The translations under genes were made by a program, and so were the position numbers. From positions 1,674,001 through 1,738,000 of the forward strand of contig JBNJNM010000021.1 in NCBI GenBank assembly GCA_052426225.1: a stretch of 64,000 bases of DNA. The letters are read 5' to 3'. Numbering within the stretch: position 1 is the stretch's first letter; each line of letters starts with the position of its first letter. Positions 37,908 to 51,600 of the stretch are shown piece by piece. Origin of the DNA: Zancudomyces culisetae HAW-14-8. Its lineage: Eukaryota > Fungi > Kickxellomycota. Under the pieces are notes generated by a model, which saw nothing but the letters and a program-made list of their open reading frames with translations, was not told the origin of the DNA and did no database searches.

Positions 37908-40565
37908 ATGAAAGTTTTAATAATTACTCTAATACTTGCTTCGCTCAGAGTAGGAGTAAACGCAGCCGCAATACGCTATGAGCCAATGCAACTTAGAGAC
38001 TATGAACCAGCTACAGGTCAGGATACGACATATTCACATACAGTAGAGGATGTATACCCAGATACTACTAATGTAAAGGAGTATAACTCAGAGGTTCGTC
38101 CAAAATACTACCGAAGAAGATATGGTGGCGGTCGTGGAGGAGGTGGAGGATTTAGCGGAGGACGAGGAGGAGGTGGTGGAGGATTTGGCGGAGGATATGG
38201 AGGCGGAGGATTTAGTGGGGGACGTGGAGGCATGGGTGGATTAAGTGGAGGACGAGGAGGAGGAGGTGGAGGATTTGGCGGAGGATATGGAGGTGGAAGA
38301 TTTAGTGGAGGACGTGGAGGCATGGGCGGATCTATTGGAGGACGAGGAGGCATGGGCGGATCTAGTGAAGGACGTGGAGGCATGGGCGGATCTAGTGGAG
38401 GACGTGGAGGCATGGGTGGATCAAGTGAAGGATATGGAGGACGTGGTGGACGTGGTGGAAGTGGTGAACGTCAAGGAACTGGAGGAGCTAATGGAGACAG
38501 TGGAGGGCGTGGAGGACGTGGAGGACGCCAAGGAACTGGAGGAGCTAATGGTGATAGTGCAGGACGTGATAATAACCAAATGAGCGGAGGAAGCAATGGA
38601 AATGAAGCTGGAAGCACGAGCCCAAATCAAAAAAATTCAGCACCTGAAAGCAGTAGTGGAGGTGCCAATACTGCAAACGTTGGTGCCGCAAGTAGTGATT
38701 CAGGTAGAACTGCTAGAGCAATGGGAAGTGGTAGTGGTAATGGTAATGGCAATATCGGAAGTAACAATGGCAATGGCAATAGCGATGGCAGCACAGGAAA
38801 TGGTAATAACAACACCGGTGATAACAATGGTAATAACAACACCGGTGATGGCAATGGCAGTAATAACAATGGAAATGACAATGGCAGTGGAAACACCGGA
38901 AGTGACAACGGTAGTGGCAACACTGGAAATAACAATGGAAACGTCAACGATGGTAATGGCAATGGCAATGGCAACGTCGGATCTGACAACGGCAGTGGCA
39001 ACACCGGAGATAACAACGGTAATACCAATGCTGGAGATAACAATGGAATTTCCAACACTGGAGATGGCAATGGAAATACCAATGACGGAAGTAATAACGG
39101 CAATAGAAACACCGGAGATGATAATGGCAGTGGCAACACCGGGTCTGACAATGGCAATGGAAACGTCGGATCTGACAATGGTAGTGGAAACGTCGGAAAT
39201 GACAACGGTAGTGGCAACACCGGAGATAACAACGGTAATACCAATGCTGGAGATGACAATGGCAATGCCAACGTTGGAGATGGAAATGGAAATACCAATG
39301 ACGGAAGTAATAACGGCAATGGAAACACCGGAAATGACAATGGCAGTGGCAATACTGGAGATAACAACGGTAATACCAATGCTGGAGATAACAATGGCAA
39401 TGGGAACGTCGGGTCTGACAACGGTAGTGACAACACCGGAGATAACAACGGTAATAACAATGCTGGAGATATCAATGGTAATTTCAACACTGGAGATGGA
39501 AATGGAAATACCAATGACGGAAGTAATAATGGCAATTTAAACACCGGAAATAACAATGGCAGTGGCAATACTGGAGATAGCAATGGCAATATCAACGATG
39601 GAAATGGCAATGGTAATGGCAACGTCGGGTCTGAAAACGGTTATGGCAACACCGGAGATAACAACGGTAATAACAATGCTGGAGATAACAATGGTAATTT
39701 CAACACTGGAGATGAAAATGGAAATACCAATGACGGAAGTAATAACGGCAATGGAAACACCGGAAATAACAATGGAAATACCAATGACGGAAGTAACAAC
39801 GGCAATGACAACAACGGAAACGAAAACGGTAATAACAACAACGGAAGTGACAATGGTAATGGTAACACTGGAGACAACAACGGTAATGGTAACACTGGAG
39901 ATAACAACGGTAATGGCAACACCGGAGACAACAATGGTAATGGTAACGGTGGAGGAGGAGGAGGAGGAGGAGGAGGAGGAGGAGGTGGAGGAGGTGGAGG
40001 TGGTGGTGGTGGTGGAGGAGGAGGAGGAGGAGGAGGAGGAGGAGGAGGAGGAGGAGGAGGAGGAGGAGGAGGAGGAGGAGGAGGAGGAGGAGGTGGAGGA
40101 GGTGGAGGTGGAGGAGGTGGAGGAGGAGGTGGAGGAGGTGGAGGAGGTGGAGGACATGGGCATGGACATGGTCATGGTCATGGTCATGGTCATGGACATG
40201 GTCATGGACATAAAGATAAGCACCGACATGGCCATGGTCGCGTTGATCGCGGATACTTTGGAGTTGGCATCCCTGTGGTTGCGGATGTGGTTGCAGATGT
40301 GGTTGGCGTTCAGGCTGTTGTTGACACCTATGACACCAATAAAGACTGTGCTGATGATGAATACGGCGATGATAATAAGTGCAGTAAAACTTATACAGCC
40401 GAACCTGGATCCTATACAGCCGAACCTAAAGCCTATAAAGCCGAACCTAAAGCCTATAAAGCCGAACCTAAAGCCTATACAGCCGAACCTAAATCTTATA
40501 CAGCCGGACCTAAAGCCTATTCAAGCGAACTTGAAATCTACGCCACCAAAACACAATCTGACTAA
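37908..40565 (+). CDS. Secreted modular Gly/Asn/His-rich repetitive structural protein (885 aa)
   Basis: Signal peptide, RRR basic site, RGG/GGF/GGY block, long GNxNxGxxN repeat region, 69 consecutive Gly, (GH)n, acidic Cys pair, AEPKAY(K/T) heptads; TATAAATA at 37744; synonymous codon variation inside the repeats. Confidence 0.85.
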   Translation: MKVLIITLILASLRVGVNAAAIRYEPMQLRDYEPATGQDTTYSHTVEDVYPDTTNVKEYNSEVRPKYYRRRYGGGRGGGGGFSGGRGGGGGGFGGGYGGGGFSGGRGGMGGLSGGRGGGGGGFGGGYGGGRFSGGRGGMGGSIGGRGGMGGSSEGRGGMGGSSGGRGGMGGSSEGYGGRGGRGGSGERQGTGGANGDSGGRGGRGGRQGTGGANGDSAGRDNNQMSGGSNGNEAGSTSPNQKNSAPESSSGGANTANVGAASSDSGRTARAMGSGSGNGNGNIGSNNGNGNSDGSTGNGNNNTGDNNGNNNTGDGNGSNNNGNDNGSGNTGSDNGSGNTGNNNGNVNDGNGNGNGNVGSDNGSGNTGDNNGNTNAGDNNGISNTGDGNGNTNDGSNNGNRNTGDDNGSGNTGSDNGNGNVGSDNGSGNVGNDNGSGNTGDNNGNTNAGDDNGNANVGDGNGNTNDGSNNGNGNTGNDNGSGNTGDNNGNTNAGDNNGNGNVGSDNGSDNTGDNNGNNNAGDINGNFNTGDGNGNTNDGSNNGNLNTGNNNGSGNTGDSNGNINDGNGNGNGNVGSENGYGNTGDNNGNNNAGDNNGNFNTGDENGNTNDGSNNGNGNTGNNNGNTNDGSNNGNDNNGNENGNNNNGSDNGNGNTGDNNGNGNTGDNNGNGNTGDNNGNGNGGGGGGGGGGGGGGGGGGGGGGGGGGGGGGGGGGGGGGGGGGGGGGGGGGGGGGGGGGGGGGGGGGGGGHGHGHGHGHGHGHGHGHGHKDKHRHGHGRVDRGYFGVGIPVVADVVADVVGVQAVVDTYDTNKDCADDEYGDDNKCSKTYTAEPGSYTAEPKAYKAEPKAYKAEPKAYTAEPKSYTAGPKAYSSELEIYATKTQSD
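39948..40154 (+). repeat. (GGA/GGT)n trinucleotide tract encoding 69 glycines
   Basis: 207 nt of GGA/GGT codons in frame. Confidence 0.92.
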
Positions 40566-43500
40566 TTATTTAAACACACATATTTATTTTTTTTTATCCC
40601 CGATGTTGGGGTTGATACTAAATTTCGAAAAGACATTATTTGTTGTCTTTTTTACGGTTTATGAATAGTTATTCGACAAATAAGTTTATAAAGACTAGTA
40701 AATAATTAAAATTATAAAAACCGTAATGCCAGGTGCATGTAATATCCGTTTCTCATATTTATAAATACCTTTCTTGCCTTTTCCACTTTCCAAGACAAGG
40801 CAAATTGCGTCTTAAACATACTATCCCGTTTTTTTTTCCACCCCCATCACTTTTTAATTATTCTAGCAAAGAAGAAAGGGAAACTATTAAATAATCCACA
40901 AAAAAGCTGAACAGTAAAACCATAACCAACGACTGTTTTTTATATACAGTAGTTTGTAACTTATATATTATTGATATACTGACATACTCAAATCAAAATT
41001 TTTGGTTCATCGAAGGATGGTATGGCTGGGGCCACGAGAAAAATGGTGCGAGTTAATTACCAAAAAGATCTGCTCGTTTAAATGAGAAATATTCACTTTT
41101 TTGTTTATTAAACACGCTTTTATAGTGCTAATTATCAAGAAACTCAAAATATTGCAAGAATTTTCTCTATTACATTAATATGGTCAAAGATGAATTATAA
41201 AATGTGTTTGCTAGATAAACCTATTGTTGACTTGTAATAAGTAACTTGATAAAAAAAATATACAGCATACTATGTTCATAAAAAACGCACGGCCACTAGT
41301 GCTCAGGCACTCACGTTTATGGCCAGGTATGTTACTTTTTACAAAAAACAAGGTTTTGTTTCATAGTTTTCTGGAAGAATTTGAGTAGTTGAAGGCACAC
41401 AACTCTCAAGTGGTTCATTACTAACCATGATTCAGTATTCAGGTGAACTATCTTGTATCTGATGTATGACTTTATTAGTGTATATATTAGCTATTGAGCG
41501 ATTTGTGTCAAATGGTTAAAGTATCATAAACCAGGCTACTTAGTATTGGAGTTACTTGAGTAGAAGCCGGTAAAAAAGCGGGACCTTGTAGGCATCATTA
41601 AAAAAAAAAAGTGAACAGCGCTTTTAAAGCTTCCATAAAGGATATGGTTAGAATGGAACAACTAAACTTGAACTTGAGTGGAATAAGAAAGCAGGCTTCA
41701 TTTGAACCAAACTGGTTTTGTGATTTATGCATTTCGGCAACTTTTGAGTACCTTGGCTTTCTTTTTTATCATCTTTATCATCTTTATCATTTTTTCCATT
41801 TTTATCATTTTCCATTTTCTTTATACTTTTTTGGAACTCTGTAAACGTTTAGCTCTTATAGAGTTTCATTTTTTTTGTGTAGCATTCTGTTTTTCCACAA
41901 CTTTGCATCCATATTTTGTCATCTCAGGCTAGGGTTGGTTCATTTTCCTCATTCCAATAGGATTATCATCCCAATATTACCGTTCTAGAAAAAAAAAAGA
42001 CAATCCGCTAGTAGTATTTCTTCCAATTAGTTACAAGTAATTGGTGTTATTTTGTGGGTAAACTGTTTTTCAGTCTCATTAAAGATCAATTTTACAGTTG
42101 TGGAGTTGGTTACTACTATTATTGGTGACAATTTGAAAATAAAATAATGAAGACAATAAGATGATTCCAATAAGAATAATTGTTGCTAAAACGCTAAATC
42201 ATGTTTGTCACTAGCTAAAAATGAAAGTTTGGGTCCAAACCAAATCTTTTTTCCTGCACCATATTCTTATCTCCCCTGTCGGACGTGACCGGATGGATCA
42301 CGTTCGTTCGTCGGGTTTCTCATGGTTACAAACTCTTGATTGATTATATCTTCCAAATCATGAAACAGGTCACGTGAGGAGGTCGGTAAATCTCCGTTGA
42401 AGACACTCCTGATCGGTCGCTATCTGATGAATAGCGAGCATCATTTCGAAACTACTGGATGATGACTGTCCTGAGTTGCTTCATGAGACCTGACATTGAG
42501 ATTTTAATAGCTTTAATCTAATACTTCAAACTATATCTTTAGCCTTAGCACTATTAATTATTCAATATAATTTGTTTAAAACAAATACTTCTTTTTTTAT
42601 ATCTCGCTTTATTTTTTAAGGTTTAATGTGTATTTCAAAACTACTAAATGAGCTGAAGAGACTCCTAATGAGACCTTCTCTGCTTTTATAAATCTTAATT
42701 GTTACTATTAAAACTATTATAATTTTATCTTATTAATATTTATTTTATCGGTTATCGTTTCATACTCGGCCTTGTCGTCTTCCTCATATTCTGTCTCATT
42801 TTCCATAGTCGATTAAACACTCTTACACTTAATATTATATACTAATATTGGTTAATTCATTTTATTATATTTTTACATTATTTATTTTTCTCTTTAATTT
42901 TGATCCGAATATTTCGACAATTTTTGATCAGAATATACTTCATAGATTTGATTGATAATATAATAAATAAAATGACTCCATTATCTGACATTTTTAACAT
43001 TTCATTTGAATTTTTATAGATTCCCAAGCAATTGGATTATTAATGTCTTATACCCAGAACACACGACAGAAGTAATTCAAAATTTTTAATGTTCATATAT
43101 TTTTAAATATGAATATTTCATGGCTGAAATTATATTTCAGCTAATAAATACTATGATGGTTAAATAGTAATTTTAAAAATGTACCTACAAAACATTGGAA
43201 TTATTTAACACTGTTATTAAACGTGAGAACATATGTTTAGCAATTATCCAATTTTTTTAAATTTTTTAATAAAATAATTGGTATAAATCACGATTAACTT
43301 TACTGATCATTTTAAAGATTTATTGATATGTAAATTTCAATTATTAATAATATATCCACAATAAATATGGATATTTATACCATATGAATATCTATAACAG
43401 ATTTCAATTATGAGAATTTTGATCACTAGGATAATACATAGGAATAATTCAAAAATAATCGCGACACTCAAAACACGTGCATATATGCCTATATCACATA

Positions 43501-45180
43501 TGCTAGTAGTAAATTTTTTTAATTAGTTTATACATTCATTACTTTAATTATAAAATTTAATAAATTTTCTTTTCGGGAAATAAATCCTACGAATGCTATG
43601 TTAATGTTAATCATCTTAAATTTTGATTTGCTGATTTATTATAATCATATTTGTTATTTAGTGAAATGAATTTGATGATATATACTATTGTAGAAGTTTA
43701 CAATTTTGATTAGTAATTCACAATTTTAGACTATCTAATGCTTGAATTTAAAAGCTTGCTAAGAATTTTTTAGTCACTTATATTCCGCTAAGAAAGTCTA
43801 AACTGTGTTACTGTTTCTTTACCGATCTCGTGATATTCGCTTAGATATTGACATTAGATACTAACCGTATTTTCTTATATCTATCTTTCTCACGTTGGTA
43901 ATATATTGTAGTATATCGTCTATGACTTTTGCTAGAGTATCATTTGCAATTCTTTATTAAAAATACTATCAATGCGAGAATGCAGGATATATAGAAAAAA
44001 CAATCTATGATAGTAAAGTGTATTAATGTAACATTCTAGAGCATTTCCGAACTTTCTTGTCGATTTTTGACTTTTTCTTTGTAATAATTTTACAAGTAAA
44101 TTTTTTCAACAATTGATAACGATTGTATTTTGATTACTAATCTTACTAATTAGTCATCAATAAGTTTATTCTATATAGATATTTTTATTAATTCCGTAGT
44201 TTTTCTTTATATATTGACCTACAACCAAGTCAAGGAAGATGTACAAAATGGTTTCGAATTTCTTGATTTGGATTAGGTAACAGATATTTCTTTATTTCTA
44301 TAGTAATAAATAAATAAATTTTTTTATTAATATCAATCTTATCTTCACTTTCCTTGCACTCTAAACAAAAATCTTGAAATAATGAGAATAGAATCCGAAT
44401 CTAACGAGAGCTGACAACAATAACAAAATTTTTAGCCTTTATTAACGAAATATTTTACATATACGATTTATTAAAATAAAAATTAACTTATTATTTAATG
44501 ACCTATATAGTTACTTAATCTTCAATTGCATAAATCAAAATATAAAGTAAATATCATTCTTAATGTCGAAATAAGAACTAGTATAGTGCATCGAGACATG
44601 GATTCATATGAAAAAATATGTGTATACCAAACTTACCATCAAATAGTATAATAAGTATATAGTGTAATATATTGTAGATATTATAAGTTATCTGTTATAT
44701 TTTATCAGCTAATGTTAGCTGAGTTTTGTATAGCACTGATTATGTCAATTATACTCAGGTCGCGGATCACTTCACTGGTTCTGATTGCCGTAATATGAAT
44801 GTTTTTAATATCTTTTATTATTGTTATAATAATAATAAAACACTTAGTAAACTATATCAGTAAGGTGCTATTTTCAATTATTAAGTATATTTAAACGTAT
44901 ATGTAAAGTATTATCTGTTAAAAAAGGCTAAAGATGCTATTTTCGTTGTCCGCTCTCGTTATATTCGATTTGTTATTCACTTTACTATCTTAAATCATTT
45001 TTACTATATATTCTGCTAGCTATCATTGGTAGTTATCTTCTACTAAGGAATCGCAATTGATTCACTGACAAAAAGTATTGTAGCCGTTATACTACGATAG
45101 ATATTTATCATTTATTAATTTCAATATATTCTAAAGTATATTGTTTATTTTTAGCAAAATGAAATTATATATAAAAGAAT

Positions 45181-45251
45181 TGCGTAGACCGGGAATCGAA
45201 CCCGGGTCTGCCGCGTGGCAGGCGGCAATTATACCACTAAACCATCTACGC
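45181..45251 (-). tRNA. tRNA-Gly(GCC)
   Basis: Reverse complement GCGTAGATGGTTTAGTGGTATAATTGCCGCCTGCCACGCGGCAGACCCGGGTTCGATTCCCGGTCTACGCA: 7-bp acceptor stem, anticodon arm GCCGC-CT-GCC-AC-GCGGC, GGTTCGATTCC B box. Confidence 0.96.
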
Positions 45252-45257
45252 TGCTGC

Positions 45258-45718
45258 TGTCGTATTAGTTTTTATAGTATATGTATGGGCACTTTTTCCC
45301 ACTGGGTTTTTCCCCATACATTTGTTTAATTATTAGTATTAATATCATTTAATTTTATTAACGCATTTATATGTTTCAAAATAAATCAGTGTAATTTATC
45401 ATGCGGATAAATTACACCAAACCACGTGTGTTAACACGGGGTAACGATGCTGTTTTGAGTGAACTGTTAACATGATAAGAAATGTAGGGGTAGAAAAGAT
45501 AAACAACGCATCAATTAATAAAACATGTTTGAACAACAGAAGAACATGTTAGTGATTTCAAAACAATGTTGACATACAGAAAAACTATATAAACCCCAAC
45601 TTTTCTTCACTTTTTGAAAGAAGCATCGAACTATTATTTAAATATCTTATTACTTTATATATATAATAAAACTTAATAAATAAATATTCACTAGTATACA
45701 AATAATAAAAATACTACA
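45258..45718. mobile_element. Solo LTR A (461 bp), tRNA-proximal
   Basis: TGTCGTATT...AATACTACA termini; flanked by CTGC (45254-57) and CTGC (45719-22). Confidence 0.8.
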
Positions 45719-45722
45719 CTGC

Positions 45723-46273
45723 TGTTATAAAAAGCTCAGATTCACACCTTTTGTTTTATCAATTAGTTGGAAACTATTATAGTAATTATACTATGTACTA
45801 TTTTATTATAAGTTATCACTATAATACTATAAGTTCCTGTGTAGAACCAACTTTATTAAATTGATCTTTTTTCTTTCTAGGTCTTTTAAACAACCTATTT
45901 ATACAAAATTCAAATACTAATAGAAATTAATTTATACTAATAAACTACTTTTTTTTTACTTATCATGTCATAGAAAAAACATAAAGATAAAAAAACTATA
46001 CATGATTCCTACAAATAAATAAACATATGCAAACATTCATGATTTGCATAAACAAATACTACTTAAAATATACTAATAAAATATGCACAGACTACTTCTG
46101 TGTTTACTAATAATAAATAAATATGTGTAAACTACAAACAAATATTAAACAAGTAAGTCAAACAATTAAGTATAATACTATAAATAATAAATATTTACAA
46201 GAAAATATCATAAAATCATATAAATATTTATATAAATGATAAACATATAGGTATGTTTACTCATTATATAACA
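45723..46273. mobile_element. Solo LTR B (551 bp)
   Basis: TGTTATA...TATAACA termini; CTGC on both sides (45719-22, 46274-77). Confidence 0.8.
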
Positions 46274-46277
46274 CTGC

Positions 46278-46703
46278 TGTCGTATGAATATATAGATGAT
46301 AATGTATAGTAGGTTAATCTACTGTAAATCTCTATTATTCATACTGATTGTCTGATTGTTGCAGATGCTCGCACATCTGTTTTCACCATTGTGGTTTTCC
46401 TTTGTGCAGCAACAATCAGACAAAGGTTTACTTTATTACTATTAGGATTTTATAGCACTTTATATTACAAACTACTTAAATAGCGACGACAAGGTCTAAG
46501 GATACCTTGTTCGGGATTTTATACTCTTTCTTCTAGCGTTTATTATACCAACGATAACTAAATAAAAGATTCTTAACTACAGTTAACTAGTTATTTTAGG
46601 AAGGTCCTGGACCAATTTTAAACATTAAGTAATAGTGATTACAGCTTCGTCGTACTGTAATACACTCAATATTATTATACAATATACAATTTTTCATACG
46701 ACA
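46278..46703. mobile_element. Solo LTR C (426 bp)
   Basis: Perfect 11-bp terminal inverted repeat TGTCGTATGAA...TTCATACGACA; CTGC on both sides (46274-77, 46704-07). Confidence 0.85.
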
Positions 46704-46708
46704 CTGCC

Positions 46709-47113
46709 TGTTATATTTTATATGTACTATCTGATCAGTACGTTTGAGTAGCCTGCTGTTTAATTCAGCTACTTCTGGTTCCGGTTGTGTAGCTAGTATC
46801 TTAACCGTGTATGCTTGTTTATGTTTAAATTATTATATTTATACTTAGATACTTATACTATTAATATTGATTTGTTTATTTACGATAGTGCTATTAGGTA
46901 ATAAGAATAAAACTAATAGATATTTATTATATAAAAAAAGTTAGATTCAAAAAAACTAATTATATATGTTGTTTTTTCTCTGCACCCTTGTGCCATTATT
47001 TGATATTAAATACTAAATAATTAAGAATATAAATAAACTATTGATAGGTGTTCGATTGGATAAAAAAAAACCTTTCGGAAAAAAATCCAACACGAACATT
47101 TCGCTATATGACA
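46709..47113. mobile_element. Solo LTR D (405 bp)
   Basis: TGTTATAT...ATATGACA; flanks TGCC (46705-08) / TGAC (47114-17), one mismatch. Confidence 0.75.
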
Positions 47114-47669
47114 TGACTGTTGTATAATTACATGTTTAACGTCCTACTGAGTAATATAATTACCCAGTATTATACAGGACGGGACTTTTATTAATATATA
47201 TTAGGACTATATTTTTTTGGGAGAAAAAGACAATTTATTAATAAATTCAAAACTAGACTATTTAATGCATAAAATAATACTAATTAAATTAACCAATAAA
47301 ATACAAGGAAATACAGGTATATAATTCCACTATATAACAGTATCCCCCCTTTAAGCTTGAGTCGCCCTCGACCAAGCTTACAAAAACTACTTAGTCTCTA
47401 AAAAATGATATTTTAAGTAAATAAAATACTTATAAAACTAAAACTAAGTTGTTATCAAGCTTTAAAGTTTATCATGTGACTTCACACTGAAATTCCGAAT
47501 TTCGAACTCATAAATGTCGAAATTCTTGATTTCGAAATCGCTTCCTGGACTTCCTACTATGCTGTATTCAGACACTACATGGCCCATGGACCACTCACAC
47601 TCACTTCCAACGGTCCCTAGCAAGTTCCAATATGCTTCACACCGCAGATTACCCTGTCTGCATCTCGTC

Positions 47670-48128
47670 TGTTATGAATAGAACGTAGTTCTATAATTTA
47701 TTTTTAATTAATTTTATTTCTATTTTAGTTTAATTAAATTAGTAAGTTGAATTTCCATTTTATTAAAGTTACATAAATTGATTTAGGTAATCATGAAATT
47801 AATTTATTACCAAATCGATTTTTAGTAACTGTTTTTATTTTACATAAACCAAAACAACACAATGTTGAACTAAACCCCAACATTGAAAATCATGAAACTA
47901 ATCAAGGGTCAAACTCCTTGAATGTTTATCGAAGTAAGAAAATATTTTTTCTTCGATAAACAAGGTCTTGCGACCTTGGTTTTTTTCATGAAATTTTCGC
48001 TGACGAAAAAGTATATAAACCCAACGAATTTCGTTGTGGAAATCGTCAGTATAAAATATTCTCTTTAGTTTAATAAAGTTAATATTTTTCTTAAATCAAA
48101 TTATTAATTAATATATCTAGTTCTAACA
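47670..48128. mobile_element. Solo LTR nested in element E (5-bp TSD)
   Basis: TGTTATGAA...TTCTAACA; TSD TCGTC at 47665-69 and 48129-33. Confidence 0.82.
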
Positions 48129-48685
48129 TCGTCCCTCACATAAATTATCTTGCGTCACCTGAAGCCTGTGAGTGTTAGATACCATTATTATACCCAATAA
48201 TAATGGTATTAACAAACTATCACACAGTTAGTTTTTGAAAGCTATTAATTATTTGTTTATGAAAACACACAGTAATAATAAAATATAACTAATATAACTT
48301 TATTTGTAATTAACGAGATTGTTAAACTTAGTTGTTCATCAAAGGAAAATGTATACCCTTTTATACAACTAAGTTTATAATAAAACGTAATATAAAACTA
48401 AAACTAATATTATGATAAATATTTATAAATTATAAACTTATTTCATTAATATACATAATATTAATGATGACACATTTAATATTGATCATTGTATCAATAT
48501 TAATGTTTTAAACTAATTATTAAATAATAATTAAATAATATAAACTAAAAATTAATTAATATTAATGATACACATTTAATATCATTAATATAGTTAATAC
48601 CATATTGTATTAAATATGCAATATTGTTATGATACATGTGTATTCATAACACTACCCTCCTCTTAAGGGTACTTACTAAGTGTTA

Positions 48686-51600
48686 TTAATCTGACTCGCG
48701 TTCGTTTTCAATCTTGCTGAGCCAAAATTCTTGTATTTTTTCGTGTGCGTTAACATCCTGTTCACGCTCCCAACTTCGTTCTTCAGGTCCATATCCTTCG
48801 TAATCAATGTAATAATATGTGGTACCATCAATTTCTTTTGTATCCAAAATTTTATTTACCACATATTCTATTTCATTATTGATGATAACTGGTGATGGTG
48901 GTCTGATGTCTGGTCGTATCACTAATTCTGATGTGTGATATTTTTCTAGTTATGATACATGAAATACTGGATGTATCTACATGTTTGGTGGTAATTGTAG
49001 CTTAAATGTGACGTCGTTTATTTTTCCTATAATCTTGTATGGACCTATCTTTTTGTTGTCCAACTTATTTGTAGGCCTTGTAGTTTGTATATTTTTACGC
49101 ATTAGCCATACTTTATCACCTATTTTGAATTTTGGATGTCGTTTTCGCTTCCTATCAGCAAACTTTTTTCCAGTTTTAGTAGCATTTTGTTACACTTTTT
49201 TGATATATTGATGATGTTTTTCCAGTTCATTTACACGGTTTTCAGCACTTGGAATTAACTCTATTGATGGTATTTGTGGTGAAAATGAAGTATCAAAACC
49301 ATATAATGCTTTAAATGGTGACATCTTAATTGCACTGTGATAAGCATTATTGTATGAATATTCAGCTAATGGCAGTAGTTTGCACCAGTTATCTTGCATG
49401 TAGTGTCGTATAATGGGTATATGACAGAAAATCCCTAAGTAATTTTCATAGTAAATATTTATTATTTATATTTTTTATAGATTATTCAACCTATTAACTT
49501 TACGTATCGATCTATATATAGTTTTTTATACAATTATCGATTGATATATATTTTTTCTATGTGTAGAATTAAAAATAGAAATAGATTTATAATATAATGT
49601 AAACAGAAACCCTTTTAGGAAAAAAGGTGTGCAATAAATAAATTAATACTATATCAAAGTAATATTAGTATAAACGTGTACCCTTCCATAAAATATATTT
49701 TTAGGAAGTAAAATATAGATAAAATATAAGTTTAAATAATAATAATAATAAATAAAATAACTGCTACGAGAGCAAGCAAGATAATATCCCTGAAACAGAA
49801 CCATTCAGTTGGATATTATACAACAGTAGTCGCTATAACACCTTAAATATTGCTCCAATGTTTGATTAGTACGCTCAGTTTGACCATTAGTTTCAGGGTG
49901 ATAAGCACTTGAAAGTTTTATTTTTACGTTTAAAAGTTCGTAAAAACGCTTCCAAAACTTGCTTATAAACTGAGATCCTCTATCAGAAATGATTTCATCA
50001 GGTGTACCATGTAGTTTAAAAACATTATTAATGTATGCAGTAACAGTTTCGGGTGAAGTCGGCAACTTTTTAAATGGTATGAAATGTGCCATTTTAGTAT
50101 ATCTATCAACAATAACCATTATTGTTGTATACCCATTTGACTTTGGGAGATCTGTAATGAAGTCCATAGTTATAGATTTCCATGGTCCAGGTGCTATTGG
50201 TAACGGTTGAAGCAATCCATACTGTTTATGTCTGTTAGATTTATTTTTTTGACATACATCACATGTATTAATGTATTCTTTTACATATTTCATTTTTTGT
50301 TTTATAAAATAGTTTCGATCCAAATTTTTTATTGTTTTATGTATACCAAAATGTCCAGCTGCACCTGAATCATGAACTGCGTGTAGTAATTGTATCCTTA
50401 ATACATCAGGTACATATATTTTTTCATTAATATATATTAAACCATTACGTTTTATAATGATATCAGATTCTTTTAGTTGATGTATTAAATCATTAATGTC
50501 GATAATATTCTGCTCAATATATGTTTTAATGTTGTTTATAAGTTCACTTTGTGGTATTATCATTGCATTTATAAAGTGTTTTCCCTCAATAATATTGTGA
50601 TTTAAAACTTTTGAATCACCACTATTACTATATCTTGAAAGTGCATCAGGTTTACCACTTTGTTTTTCTGGTCTGTAGGTGATGTCAAAGTCATATTCAT
50701 TTAGTAGTAATGACCATCTTGCATGTCTTCTGTTGAGTATTTTTGCATTTTTAAATGATTTAAAATTCTTATGATCAGTATAAATGATGAATTTTTGTGA
50801 TGCTCCTTGTAAGTAATGACGCCATTCTTTAATTGCAATTATGATTGCTTACAGTTCTTTGTCATAAATATCTTAATTTAATTCCGCTTTATCCAGTTTA
50901 TGAGAGTAATATGCACATGGAGCAAGCATCCCATCATCATTATATTGTGATAAAATAGCTCCAATTGCATAATCTGAAGCATCCGTTTCAACTATAAACT
51001 GTTTATCTGGGTTCGGATATTGTAATATTGGTGTAGATGTTAACATATTTTTTATTGTATCAAATGCATTTTGCTCTTTAGATGACCATTCCCACTTTTT
51101 ATCCTTTTTTGCAACTCTGTAAGTGGTCTAGTAACCTTGGAAAACCCTTCAATAAACTTCCTGTAATAGTTTGCAAAGCCCATAAACACTTGTATATCTT
51201 TTGATTTTGTTGGTGTATCCCACTCATGCACACATTTAGTCTTTTCTGGATCAGATGATATGCCTTTATCACTAATAATATGACCTAAAAATATCACTTT
51301 TTTGACATCAAACTCGCATTTTTCGAGTTTACAATACAGTTTATGCTTCCTTAACTTGCTTAAAACATTTTTAACATGCTCCGTATGTTGATGTATATCA
51401 GGTGAAAAGATTAGTATATCATCTAGGTATGATATTGCGTAAACATCCAATATATCTCTTAACACATCATTGATGAAATGTTGAAAAGTTGCAGGTGCAT
51501 TAGTCAAACCAAATGGCATTACTTGGTATTCATAATGTCCATATCTGCATCTAAAAGCGGTTTTAGATTCATCACCTTGCTTAATTCTGACCAAGTTATA

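Noticed and set aside
1-40565. Selenoprotein-type in-frame TGA readthrough
   Set aside because: No in-frame TGA interrupts a conserved domain in the genes reconstructed here.
38108-40668. Long alternative-frame and antisense ORFs (poly-E, poly-S, PLPLL, MAMET)
   Set aside because: Stop-free shadows of the Gly/Asn codon repeats of the 885-aa gene.
41100-42230. Possible decayed gene on minus (hydrophobic stretch, DK repeats)
   Set aside because: Multiple stops and no recognisable family motif.
42417-42455. Hammerhead ribozyme (CTGATGA...CGAAA)
   Set aside because: CTGATGA is the loop of a 7-bp stem; I could not build stems II and III or a cleavage triplet. The surrounding GC-rich patch looks like a decayed TE coding fragment.
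45254-47117. CRISPR array (repeat-spacer-like periodicity)
   Set aside because: The repeats are only 4-bp TSDs plus LTR tips, the units are 400-550 bp LTRs, there are no cas genes and the DNA is eukaryotic. The analogy is architectural only.
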